Assembly (NCBI GenBank): GCA_951813565.1
Contig: OX638351.1
Location: 4,640,001-4,704,000 of the forward strand
DNA length: 64,000 nt
Reading direction: 5' to 3'
From: an uncultured Poribacteria bacterium
Lineage (GTDB): Bacteria; Poribacteria; WGA-4E; WGA-3G
Both the position numbers and the translations under genes were made by a program. A model generated the notes under the pieces. The model ran no database searches, was not told the DNA's origin, and saw only the letters and a program-made list of their open reading frames with translations. Below are positions 1 through 9,466 of the stretch, one piece after another. The first letter of the stretch is position 1, and each line of letters begins with the position of its first letter.

Positions 1-373
1 CTTCAATATTGGCAATCCAAAGTTGCTTCTCAACAATAACCGTTCCCGGTGGGTTTTCTTGACTCAGATGAACCAATATTTTTTCTCCTAAACGACGAAA
101 AGTAACGCGATATACATTCCCTGATTGAGGGGCTTTGTAAACGGGTTCGCTAACGGCAATACCGAGTTTTCGGAATTCTGCAGCTATCAGTATAGCCGCA
201 CTTTGTGCATCAACTTCATCAATACCAGCATGGTCTCCAATGAATAAAACAGCATTCCTGACTTTAGCAGTGGCAGAAGCTGAACTTTGTTGGGCGTAGG
301 TTGCAAATGGTAAGACACAAGTTAGTATTAGTATGAAAAAGACTAAGATATAGGACTTCAAGTTGATTTTCAT
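1..373 (-). CDS. Secreted hypothetical protein, 5' part (runs off the left edge)
   Basis: Read manually: ATG at 373 after AAGGAG; MKINLKSYILVFFILILTCVLPFATYAQQ... has a signal-peptide-like start and stays open to base 1. Confidence 0.7.
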   Translation of the reverse strand, partial: MKINLKSYILVFFILILTCVLPFATYAQQSSASATAKVRNAVLFIGDHAGIDEVDAQSAAILIAAEFRKLGIAVSEPVYKAPQSGNVYRVTFRRLGEKILVHLSQENPPGTVIVEKQLWIANIE

Positions 374-628
374 TTTTTCTCCTTATTGGTTTCAGCAGAG
401 GTGCAATAATTTAATGAAATTATAATGAGATTTTGTTTATATTAGTGGTAATGCATTTAACTTTTCTTTAAAAAATGAATTTGGGTATAGCACCACAGAC
501 ACTGACGCATTCATTTGTAATCGCGCACTTTATTTCCAAATCAACAGAGAATTACACACGCGCACGCATCGTAAATTTACTACGGAAGCCACATTGTATA
601 CATATATCAAACGCGTTATGTATAATAC

Positions 629-943
629 TTATATGCTACCGATTATAGAGTACATAACTAACATAAAGAAAAAAATTAAAACAAATGGAACAATTGCCCC
701 CACGATAGCATAAGTAAGTTGAATACCTCTTGCCTTCGATTTATATGCATCCGTGTAAAATACGATATATTCCTGTGATTTTTCAAACAAACGTGTTGCT
801 GGTGGTGTCGGTTGATAGATGGCAGCGATGAGAATTCCGACGATGTTCGCAAAAAAACCCAAAAAAAACCATAAAATTTTGCTAATATCAGTTTCGGCAT
901 CCTGTTCAGCTGTAAAATGAGCTTGGTTTTGATCATTATTCAT
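629..943 (-). CDS. Small membrane protein, paralog 1 of a tandem family
   Basis: 104 aa, two hydrophobic segments; shares NIxGILIAxIYQPxPP..FEKS motif with neighbours. Confidence 0.8.
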   Translation of the reverse strand: MNNDQNQAHFTAEQDAETDISKILWFFLGFFANIVGILIAAIYQPTPPATRLFEKSQEYIVFYTDAYKSKARGIQLTYAIVGAIVPFVLIFFFMLVMYSIIGSI

Positions 944-1062
944 TTTTCTGTTCCCTTAAGTATCGGTTTGTGCGTTTGTGTAAAATGGTTACCACATAAA
1001 GTAGATTCACAGCTTTTTTAATATTCACTTTGCTGACTCTTTATATATCTTGATGATAGAAT

Positions 1063-1392
1063 TTAATACCTCATATTACTGACGTTCCCCATCATAGATA
1101 TTGAACCTATGAAGATCAGAATTCCAACCCCAGCACCGATGGCAAATCCCACAGCGGTATAGGTAAGTTGAATACTTCTTGCTTTGGCTTTATAAGCCTC
1201 TGTGTAAAACGCGGTATATTCTTGTGATTTTTCAAACAAACGTGTTGCTGGTGGTGTCGGTTGATAGATGGCAGCAATGAGAATTCCGATGATGTTCGCA
1301 AAAAAACCAACGGCAATCCATAGAAACTTGACAACATCAGTGTTAGCATCCTTCTCGCCATTTATCTGTGCTTGGTATTGATCGTTATTCAT
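1063..1392 (-). CDS. Small membrane protein, paralog 2
   Basis: 109 aa; core nearly identical in DNA to paralog 1; GAGG Shine-Dalgarno. Confidence 0.8.
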   Translation of the reverse strand: MNNDQYQAQINGEKDANTDVVKFLWIAVGFFANIIGILIAAIYQPTPPATRLFEKSQEYTAFYTEAYKAKARSIQLTYTAVGFAIGAGVGILIFIGSISMMGNVSNMRY

Positions 1393-1415
1393 TTTCAGTA
1401 CCTCTTTAGTATCGT

Positions 1416-1582
1416 TTTATAGTAAGCTTTAGAATTAACGGGACATTTTGAGATGTGAATCAACGCCAAATGCGCGTTTGGCGGGAGGGAACTCCGATTC
1501 CCGACTATCAGTGAGTTTCGTCGCGATTCGGAGATCGCTCCTACAGAAAATGTGTGTCTTTATTTTTCAAGTTGACTATAAA
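1416..1582. mobile_element. MITE-like element containing REP-like palindromes
   Basis: Imperfect terminal inverted repeats (tttatagtaagctt / aagttgactataaa); internal ggagggaactccgattcccgac...cgcgattcggagatcgctcc recurs at about 57311-57366. Confidence 0.55.
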
Positions 1583-1658
1583 TAGGCAACTCTGCAATTC
1601 TGTAATGATATGAAATTGAAAATTCCGTATGTCTATTGATACTTATTCAGTGTTTGAG

Positions 1659-2142
1659 CTAACCTGTAAAAAATAGAAAGCTGCTTGTAAAAATAGCAGC
1701 CATGCCTATCCAAAGAAAAATCACTAAGCCGATAGGTATAATACCAAATTCATTTGATTCATCGTCTTTACATACCGCTCCGCTGGAGCGGAAGACAGAA
1801 AACTTCACGTGCTATAAACATACCGCTCCGCTGGAGCGGAAGAGTAGAAAAAACACTGGAAAAACAAGACGAATTCCGTTAATTTGGTATAACACAACCA
1901 ATGATGGAATAGGTAAGTTGAATCCCTCGCACTTTGGCTGTATACGCATCTGAATAAAACATTCTATATTCGTCTGATTTTTCAAAAAATCGTGATGCTG
2001 GAGGTGGAGGTTGATAGATGTATGCGATAAGAATTCCGATTACGTTTAAGGCAAACCCCACTGCAAGCCAAATAAGTTTGTTGACATCAGTTTGAGCATC
2101 CTGTTCAGCAGCAATTTGCATTTGTTGTCGATTAGCATCCAC
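1659..2142 (-). pseudogene. Small membrane protein paralog 3, interrupted by a MITE
   Basis: ORF 1879-2142 stops inside the insert; removing the ~150-bp insert plus the duplicated junction base(s) restores ...IIGCVIPIGLVIFLWIGMAAIFTSSFLFFTG* ending at 1659. Confidence 0.8.
1741..1890. mobile_element. ~150-bp MITE
   Basis: Perfect 10-bp TIR ataccaaatt / aatttggtat in a TATA context; two internal copies of cataccgctccgctggagcgg. Confidence 0.8.
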
Positions 2143-2562
2143 TCATCTGTCCTCCTTTTCGGAAAATTCTGTGTAAAGCACAGATAAATCTATCATAAAT
2201 TTTACATGAATCTTAGTTAGAACGTCAACCCTATTCTTGACCGACAAATCGAAAACTGGGATCTGAGGTTATTCTCCAATCTGGATTGAAGAATCGTCAG
2301 TTTTCAGTTAATCTTCTTACACTTAGCAGCAGTTATACCTAAATGAATAACGTGAGTTTGATAAAAGCATAGAAATCAACGCCGAATACACAAATTACAT
2401 TCGTTGGGTTTCGCTATATCTTATATCTATACGACTGGACACATAATGCATTACTTTCAGTGGAAACTTGATAACATTTGTTTTCGCCGCTCTACCCAAC
2501 CTACAATTATATTCTTTACAAATCTTGATGGTAAGTTTCGATGTGACATAATAATTAATGAT

Positions 2563-2610
2563 TTAAACAGACTCCCCAAAACCCACAACAACCCATAAAA
2601 ATTTGCTGAT
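2563..2610 (-). pseudogene. Remnant of a fourth paralog of the small membrane protein family
   Basis: Translates ISKFLWVVVGFGESV*, similar to DISKILWFFLGF and VVKFLWIAVGF; 5' side abuts a repeat end (tataacgacttgtgccagtta) also seen inverted at about 57440-57460. Confidence 0.5.
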
Positions 2611-2717
2611 ATAACGACTTGTGCCAGTTAGTTCTTTTTATGTAATATTATATTTCACACATTTAGGATTTTCTGTTTTCTAAGTGCATCCTTATGCTAC
2701 CTTATAGTAAATCACCC

Positions 2718-2915
2718 TATAAAAACCCAAGTTGCTACCGATTTCGTAAATTCTCTTGTAGGAGGGGTTTCTAACCCCGACAAATGCCAAAAAGCGCATT
2801 TGGCGTTGATTTGGATTTATAACAAAAGACATCCAGAATCAACGAAAAACCCTTGTTTTTTAGGAAAAACATCGTCTTTTTGTTCAAAATTTTGTAAGTA
2901 GCAACTTGTGTTATA
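2718..2915. mobile_element. MITE-like element with REP palindrome
   Basis: Inverted ends caagttgctac / gtagcaacttg flanked by TATA; contains gtaggaggggtttctaaccccga and the gcgcatttggcgttgatt repeat. Confidence 0.5.
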
Positions 2916-2974
2916 AAAGGAAACATAAGTATGCACTTACAGGATACCTTAGAACAGTATGTTATGCAACTGAA

Positions 2975-3340
2975 AAATACCCCGCGCACGCTTGAAGCAG
3001 TCGTGTCTGTCTGTCGGAAAATCATGGCAACGCTTTATGACCATATTTCCCGGGCGTAGAAACACTCCGTCCGGGTCCAACAAACCGATGTCCTGACAGC
3101 GACATACTCACACTCACATGGGTGCTTGAACTGATAGGGGAGGACAGTGAACTGTCAGGATATAATCTTATCAAAGCACAACTCGGACATCTATTTACAT
3201 ATTTGCCCGAACGCTCTCGCTTCAATCGCAGGCGGCGGAACTTGTGCCACAAAAAGACTTGACACCTTCTTAGGATTTCGTGGGAGTGTTATAACCACCG
3301 CTTACGGGCTCCCTGCCGATTTTGCCATTGCACCTGCGGA
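2975..3340. ncRNA. Candidate structured non-coding RNA, family and strand unresolved
   Basis: GC-richer island within AT-rich intergenic DNA with several stems (3091-3099/3152-3160; cccgggcg/cgtccggg; gcacaa/ttgtgc; gggag/ctccc); overlapping ORFs look spurious. Confidence 0.45.
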
Positions 3341-3514
3341 TACCGATGATAGAGAAGTGCTACCCTTTAAGCGTGAATATCACACCTATTTATGCACAAT
3401 CCTAATTATAATTGGCATTTCCCCTTTAAATCATGTAAAATTACTTCGTAAACAACTTACAAAAAAGGACGTTAAGTCTGTTAGAGCAATTCTTAAACTT
3501 ATAGGAATGAATAT

Positions 3515-5317
3515 GTGAGAGTACCCGAAATGCCAGAATCCAATCAACCCGTAGACTATTTAGAACGGCTTCGCCATTCAACTGCACATATTATGGCGTA
3601 TGCCGTGCAACAACTGTTTCCTGATGGTGAAAACACCGTCAAATTGGCGATCGGCCCTCCGATAGAAAATGAATTTTATTACGATATGGAGGTGCCCCGT
3701 CCAATTACGCCCGACGATTTTCCTGAAATAGAAAAACGCATGAAGGCTATGATTAAAGCCAATGTGTCTTTTGTGCAAGAAACATGGACTTATGATAAAG
3801 CACGTGAGTGGTTCACTGAACGCAACCAAACATTTAAACTGGAATTAATAGAAGGAATTTCTGACCAAGAGGTTAGTGCTTCAGATGAAGGCGTTGCAGA
3901 CGAGGGCGTTTCTATCTATCACAATGGTGACTTTACTGACCTCTGTAAGGGACCGCACATTGAAAAAACAGGCGAATGCAGACATTTTAAGCTGCTTCGT
4001 GTTTCTGGCGCGTATTGGCGGGGTGATAGCAATCGCGAGCAATTACAACGGATATATGGCACCGCATGGGAAACAAAAAATGACCTGCAAGCATATCTGA
4101 AGCAACGTGAAGAAGCAGCAAAACGTGACCATCGGAAATTAGGACGCGAATTGGAACTTTTCCAGATGCATCCCGAATCTCCTGGGAGTGTGTTTTGGCT
4201 TCCCAAAGGAGCGTTCATTTACAATCATTTGTCCGAAAAGGTTAGAAAACTCTATCTCAGTGAAGGCTACCAAGAAGTGCGGACACCACTCATCTATGAT
4301 AGTAGTCTATGGGAAACTTCAGGACATTGGGAACACTTCAAAGATGATATGTTTCTGATTGAAAATGAAGAAGGTGATCCAACGAGTGCGCTAAAACCGA
4401 TGAATTGTCCTGCACATATGCTTATTTACAAAAGCACACGCCACAGTTATCGCGATTTGCCATACCGACTTCATGACCAAGGCGTGTTGCATCGGAATGA
4501 AGCAACAGGAACGCTAAGCGGCTTGTCTCGTGTTCGTCAATTATGTCAAGACGATGCACATAACTTCGTAACCGAAGACCAGATCGCTGATGAATATGAG
4601 CGTATCCTTGGACTTTTCCAACGTATCTACAGCAAATTTGATCTGCCGTTCCGATGTGATTTTAGCACACGCAACCCGGAAAAATTTATGGGGGATGTAG
4701 ATGTCTGGAATCGTGCTGAAGATATACTTGAATCTGTGCTGAAAAACAACCAGATTGAATATGCTGTCGACCCAGGAGAAGCAGCGTTTTATGGGCCAAA
4801 ACTTGATTTTCAAGTTCGAGACTCGCTCAACCGAGATGTGCAATGTGCTACTGTCCAACTCGATTTTCAGCTGCCTGAACGGTTTGAATTGATTTATATT
4901 GCACCAGACGGTTCTGAAAAGAGACCTGTTGTAATTCATAGAGCGATTTGTGGGAGTTTTGAACGGTTTATTGCGATGCTTATTGAACACTATGCAGGTG
5001 CTTTCCCAACATGGCTTTCTCCTGTGCAGTGCGTTGTGATGACAATCAGTCAAAGATTCGTTGATTACGCGACAGAGGTCCAGGAGATACTATTAAAGAA
5101 AAATTGTCGTGTTGTGTTAGATAATAGTGATGATAAGATTGGAGCAAAAATACGTCAAACCCGCCTACAACGGGTTCCGTATATGTTAATTATTGGTGAG
5201 CGCGAACAACAAAACCGAACTGTCAGCGTCCGAAGCCGAGATGAAGGAGACATCGGCGCAATGCCGCTTGATAGTTTCGTTGACAGAATCATTCGTGAAG
5301 CTGATTTAGATTTTTAA
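3515..5317 (+). CDS. thrS: Threonine--tRNA ligase (short form lacking the TGS domain; start may be ATG 3530)
   Basis: RHSTAH, DLCKGPH, RDHRKLG, KPMNCP, FYGPKLD, HRAICGSFERF motifs. Confidence 0.97.
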   Translation: MRVPEMPESNQPVDYLERLRHSTAHIMAYAVQQLFPDGENTVKLAIGPPIENEFYYDMEVPRPITPDDFPEIEKRMKAMIKANVSFVQETWTYDKAREWFTERNQTFKLELIEGISDQEVSASDEGVADEGVSIYHNGDFTDLCKGPHIEKTGECRHFKLLRVSGAYWRGDSNREQLQRIYGTAWETKNDLQAYLKQREEAAKRDHRKLGRELELFQMHPESPGSVFWLPKGAFIYNHLSEKVRKLYLSEGYQEVRTPLIYDSSLWETSGHWEHFKDDMFLIENEEGDPTSALKPMNCPAHMLIYKSTRHSYRDLPYRLHDQGVLHRNEATGTLSGLSRVRQLCQDDAHNFVTEDQIADEYERILGLFQRIYSKFDLPFRCDFSTRNPEKFMGDVDVWNRAEDILESVLKNNQIEYAVDPGEAAFYGPKLDFQVRDSLNRDVQCATVQLDFQLPERFELIYIAPDGSEKRPVVIHRAICGSFERFIAMLIEHYAGAFPTWLSPVQCVVMTISQRFVDYATEVQEILLKKNCRVVLDNSDDKIGAKIRQTRLQRVPYMLIIGEREQQNRTVSVRSRDEGDIGAMPLDSFVDRIIREADLDF

Positions 5318-5404
5318 TAAATATTAATTATCATGCAGGTTACTCGCCTGCTGTAGGAGTAGGTAATTTTTTTACCGCCTAAAAACACTAAAAGGAGTAA
5401 TGAA

Positions 5405-6010
5405 ATGTTTAAAGTATTGTCATGCCTACTGTTCATCGGGATATTCGTTTTCAGCGGATGTGGTCCCTCCAAACAGGTCACCCGTATTGATAGTGATACC
5501 ACTGTCGACCTCTCTGGTAGATGGAACGACACAGATTCCCGCTGGGTTGCTGAAACTATGATTTCAGACTGTTTAGGGCACGTCTGGATTACTAACCACA
5601 TGACTCAGGCAAAAGGAGCAATACCTGTCGTTATTGTGGGCGGCATCCGAAATAAGAGTACGGAACATATTGCCACCCAAACGTTCATCAGCGATATTGA
5701 ACGGGCATTCATCAATTCTGGAAAAGTCCGTCCTGTCGCCAGCAAAAGCGAACGTAGTGAAATCCGAGAAGAACGCGCGGATCAGAGTGAAAACGCAGCA
5801 ATTGAAACAATCAAACGTATGGGACGGGAACAAGGTGCTGATTACATGATGACAGGTGAAATCAACACCATTGAGGATCGCGAAGGTAATAAACAAATTG
5901 TGTTTTACCAGACAGATCTCACGTTGACTAACATTGAAAGCAACGAAAAAGTTTGGATCGGTCAGGAAAAAATCAAAAAGTTTATTGGGCGAAAAAAGTT
6001 TAAAATGTAG
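5405..6010 (+). CDS. LpoB-family lipoprotein (penicillin-binding protein activator-like)
   Basis: Lipobox FSGC; DLSGRWNDTD, IRNKSTEHI, GADYMMTGEI motifs. Confidence 0.8.
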   Translation: MFKVLSCLLFIGIFVFSGCGPSKQVTRIDSDTTVDLSGRWNDTDSRWVAETMISDCLGHVWITNHMTQAKGAIPVVIVGGIRNKSTEHIATQTFISDIERAFINSGKVRPVASKSERSEIREERADQSENAAIETIKRMGREQGADYMMTGEINTIEDREGNKQIVFYQTDLTLTNIESNEKVWIGQEKIKKFIGRKKFKM

Positions 6011-6072
6011 TCCAATTCAGACTCATTCTAATGTTGAATTATAGGGCGGGTGCTAATTCCCGCCCACTCTAA

Positions 6073-7446
6073 TTGTTTAAAATCTGTAATATAATGACCA
6101 AATTTCTACCTTTTTTACTTATCATTTCTCTGACGATAGGATGTGCGGGTTATAATTTTGAAAAAGTTGAAATTAACCTTAAAACCGGCAAACCAGTAGA
6201 TGCCTACAACTATCTCAAGAAAAACGCACCGAAAAACCCTGATATCCCGCATCAGTATGAATTGGGATTAACCGCTCACTATGCTAATCTATTTCCAGAA
6301 AGCAGTAAAGCATTTGAACAAGCAGAAATGATCGCGGAAGATCGCTTCACCAAAAGTGTTTCAAAGGAGGCACTTTCCCTTGTTACCACTGATAAACTCC
6401 GTCCTTATGTTGGCACCCGATACGAGAGGTTGTTAGGTCACTATTATAGTGCTCTTAATTATATCTACAAAGGAAATTTAGACGATGCGTTGGTTGAATG
6501 TCGTCGCGCTACCAATTTAATTCAATATTTTAAAGGTGAAGAGAAAGAGTATAATTTCTTTAGTACTGGGTTTCTTACACATTTCTGCGGTATGGTGTTT
6601 GAAGCAGCGGGTGAATGGAATGATGCTTTTATATCATATAGACAAGCAGAGGAATACTATAAAAATGCTGCTGCGATTACTGGCGTCCCGATGCCTGAAG
6701 ATGTCGGTCATTCCTTGGTGCGTGTGTCACGTAAACTCGGTTTCACTGAGGAGTATGAGCGTTACCGCAAACAATATGAAGAACCAGCACCACTCCCTGA
6801 AAATCATGGCGAGTTAATTCTTTTTTATGAAACGGGTTATGTTCCACGGAAACGTGAAGAAACCTTGACCTTTCCTATTCTCAAAACCGATAAATTTGGC
6901 GAAAATGACGACAAAGACTCTATAAAGTTTGCCCGTACCCTTAGAACACGTCAGGGAATGGTTGTTGAAGAAATAAAACTTGAATACCTTGTACATGTTG
7001 CAATGCCGACAATTCGTTCCAATCGTCCAAGGTTTGCAGGTGTTAGGATTTCAGTAGAAGAAGAAATAGCCGATGGTGTGTTGATAGAGGACATAGAAAC
7101 AATGGCGATTGAAACGCTTGAATCTGAACGTCCTATAATACTTATTCGGACTTTAGTGCGTGCCTTGGGAAAATACTTAATATTCCGTAAAGCAAAGAAG
7201 GAAAACAAAGTTTTAGGCGCAGTTGTCAATCTTGCTGGTGTGCTAACTGAAAGTGCAGATGTACGTTCTTGGCAAACACTTCCAAATCAAATATTTATGG
7301 TGCGGATGCCGCTTTCTGCAGGCACTCATAAAATCAATCTCTCTTTTCTAAATGCTAACGGACGAGTCAGTGGAAATGAGTCTATTTCAGATGTTAAAAT
7401 TACCTCAAATCGGATAACCTTCCTCAACTTCCGAACATATAAGTAA
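6073..7446 (+). CDS. COG3014-like TPR lipoprotein
   Basis: Lipobox IGC; YER..ALNY..DDALVECRRA and ADVRSWQTLP motifs; usual neighbour of LpoB-like genes. Confidence 0.75.
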   Translation: MFKICNIMTKFLPFLLIISLTIGCAGYNFEKVEINLKTGKPVDAYNYLKKNAPKNPDIPHQYELGLTAHYANLFPESSKAFEQAEMIAEDRFTKSVSKEALSLVTTDKLRPYVGTRYERLLGHYYSALNYIYKGNLDDALVECRRATNLIQYFKGEEKEYNFFSTGFLTHFCGMVFEAAGEWNDAFISYRQAEEYYKNAAAITGVPMPEDVGHSLVRVSRKLGFTEEYERYRKQYEEPAPLPENHGELILFYETGYVPRKREETLTFPILKTDKFGENDDKDSIKFARTLRTRQGMVVEEIKLEYLVHVAMPTIRSNRPRFAGVRISVEEEIADGVLIEDIETMAIETLESERPIILIRTLVRALGKYLIFRKAKKENKVLGAVVNLAGVLTESADVRSWQTLPNQIFMVRMPLSAGTHKINLSFLNANGRVSGNESISDVKITSNRITFLNFRTYK

Positions 7447-7467
7447 ATATCGCTATAGAGAATAGAC

Positions 7468-8628
7468 ATGCAACGTATTTATCTTGATTACAATGCTACA
7501 ACCCCACTCCGCTCTGAAGTCCGGGACGCGATGATGCCTTTTCTGACAGATGCGTTCGGTAACGGGTCCAGCATTCACGCTTATGGGCGTGAAGCACGCA
7601 ACGCAATTGACACAGCACGCGAACAGGTGGCAGAACTCATTGGTGCAAAAAGCTCCAGTGAAATTGTGTTCACTGGAAGTGGCACAGAGGCAGATAACCA
7701 CGCCATCAAAGGACTAACTGAACTGCAAAAGAGTCGGGGAGAAGGAAACCATATCATTACCTCATCTGTAGAACATCACGCTGTTTTGCATACCTGTCAA
7801 TATCTGGAGCAAAGCGGTTTTGAGGTGACGTATCTACCTGTAGACCGATACGGGCGTATTGAAATTGAACAACTCCGTTCAGCCATTCGTGATACAACAA
7901 TTCTAATTTCCATCATGCATGTCAACAACGAAAACGGCACTATTCAACCGCTGGAAGAAATTTGTCAAGTTGCGCAGGAACACGACATCCCTGTTCATAC
8001 CGATGCTGTGCAATCAATTGGTAAATTAGATGTTGATGTACAGGAACTCGGTGTTAATCTGTTGTCGCTTTCGGGTCACAAAATCTATGCGCCAAAAGGT
8101 ATTGGTGTGTTATACATCCGCCGCGGCGCACGTTTGGCAAACCTTGTGCATGGTGGTTCACATGAACGCAATAGACGTGCAGGGTCTGAAAACGTCCCCG
8201 CTATCGTTGGACTTGGTGTTGCAGCAGAACTCGCTATGCAAGAACGGAATGCTTATGTTGAACACTTAAAAAAATTAACTGATCGACTCCGTGACGGACT
8301 TGATGCACACATTGATCGGTTACACTACAATGGACACCCCGAATACTGTGCACCCGGTACGCTCAACGTTTCTTTTGAGTCAGTGGAAGGGGAAAGTCTG
8401 ATCTTGCGACTGGATATGGAGGGAATCTGTGTGTCAACAGGTTCAGCGTGTACTTCAGGGTCTATGGAACCGTCGCATGTGCTTGCTGCTCTTGGATTAC
8501 CACCCAGATTAGCACAGGGTACTGTGCGGTTTTCACTCGGTAGGAACACGACTGAGGAAGAAATAGATACGGTAATTGCCAAATTACCGAAGGTGATTAA
8601 GCAAATGCGAGCGTTGTATAGAAGCTAA
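7468..8628 (+). CDS. iscS: Cysteine desulfurase (IscS/NifS type)
   Basis: YLDYNATTP, SGHKIYAPKG (PLP lysine), STGSACTSG (catalytic Cys). Confidence 0.9.
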   Translation: MQRIYLDYNATTPLRSEVRDAMMPFLTDAFGNGSSIHAYGREARNAIDTAREQVAELIGAKSSSEIVFTGSGTEADNHAIKGLTELQKSRGEGNHIITSSVEHHAVLHTCQYLEQSGFEVTYLPVDRYGRIEIEQLRSAIRDTTILISIMHVNNENGTIQPLEEICQVAQEHDIPVHTDAVQSIGKLDVDVQELGVNLLSLSGHKIYAPKGIGVLYIRRGARLANLVHGGSHERNRRAGSENVPAIVGLGVAAELAMQERNAYVEHLKKLTDRLRDGLDAHIDRLHYNGHPEYCAPGTLNVSFESVEGESLILRLDMEGICVSTGSACTSGSMEPSHVLAALGLPPRLAQGTVRFSLGRNTTEEEIDTVIAKLPKVIKQMRALYRS

Positions 8629-8727
8629 TAGAACCTATAATTTGAAAATATAATACACCTGGATAGCAGGGTGATTTAGTTTTAAGAATTATCAGTTGAT
8701 GTGTGTTACTGATAGTTTATTTCGTCC

Positions 8728-9104
8728 GTCGGGTAGAGCGGTAGCGAAACCCGACACGTCAAGCCCTTGTCGGGTTTCGCAAGCTCTACCCCATAGGCGT
8801 CAATTTAGTGGATTTTGACCCTCGGTAGATGCGTTTTCCCGACAAATACCAAATGCCAAATCAACGCCAAGCACGCGTATGGCACTTGTCGTATTTGGCG
8901 TTGATTCACCGCATCGGACTTACATGAGTTGGTAGTCACTAATTGGCAGGACATCATTGTGGGGGCGCTTTGTCCGCGCGATATATCGGCGTTGAAAACG
9001 CCTCCCACAAGAGCCTTTGGGATAAATACGGAGCGGTTAGAAACCGCTCCTACCGAGTCGGAATAGGTGGTCATGTTTTCTTAAATTGACACCTATGGGG
9101 CGAC
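8728..9104. repeat. REP-like inverted pair; the second copy is split by a MITE
   Basis: gtcgggtagagcggtagcgaaacccgac followed by gtcgggtttcgcaagctctacc|insert|cgac. Confidence 0.7.
8791..9100. mobile_element. MITE-like element with ccatagg(c/t)gtcaattta TIRs
   Basis: TIR ccataggcgtcaattta / taaattgacacctatgg; same ends at 54798-55113; interior made of REP palindromes. Confidence 0.75.
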
Positions 9105-9276
9105 TTGGACCTCCACCCCAGGCTGTTTGGGTGACATGTGGCAACATCCCAAATACTGTTATGCGTGAAATTCTACACCAACACTTTCAAAATGCCATTT
9201 CACGTTTACAAACTGGTATCGCTTTGGTAGAAATCCCTGACTTCACATAAACTACAACCTATCTCAAAAATCATCT

Positions 9277-9385
9277 GTAGGACGAGGTCCCGGGGAATGC
9301 CATAAGGCATTCATACCGTTGATTTGGTGCCTCGCCATGTCTTTCAGATGGAACAACGGGCCGGCACAGGGACCCGCCCCTACAA
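9277..9385. repeat. REP-like palindromes with ggggaatgccataaggcattcataccgttgatttggtgc insert
   Basis: The same motif recurs, often inverted, at about 53570-53790 and 54930-55075. Confidence 0.7.
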
Positions 9386-9466
9386 TATGAGGAAGCGTTA
9401 GATAAAACAGAGCAAGCCTAACAAAATCTGATTTATGAGATACGCAGTAAATTGAATATTATAGAA

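Noticed and set aside
1770..1842. CRISPR mini-array from the cataccgctccgctggagcgg repeats
   Set aside because: Only two copies, palindromic, enclosed by MITE TIRs, recurring at about 12842, and no cas genes
3147..3518. 123-aa ORF or T-box leader upstream of thrS
   Set aside because: No motifs or Shine-Dalgarno for the ORF; no GGTGGxACC T-box or terminator found
8805..9074. ORFs inside repeat clusters (also 12668-13009, 53374-54007, 2771-3025)
   Set aside because: Composed of REP/MITE sequence with no protein motifs
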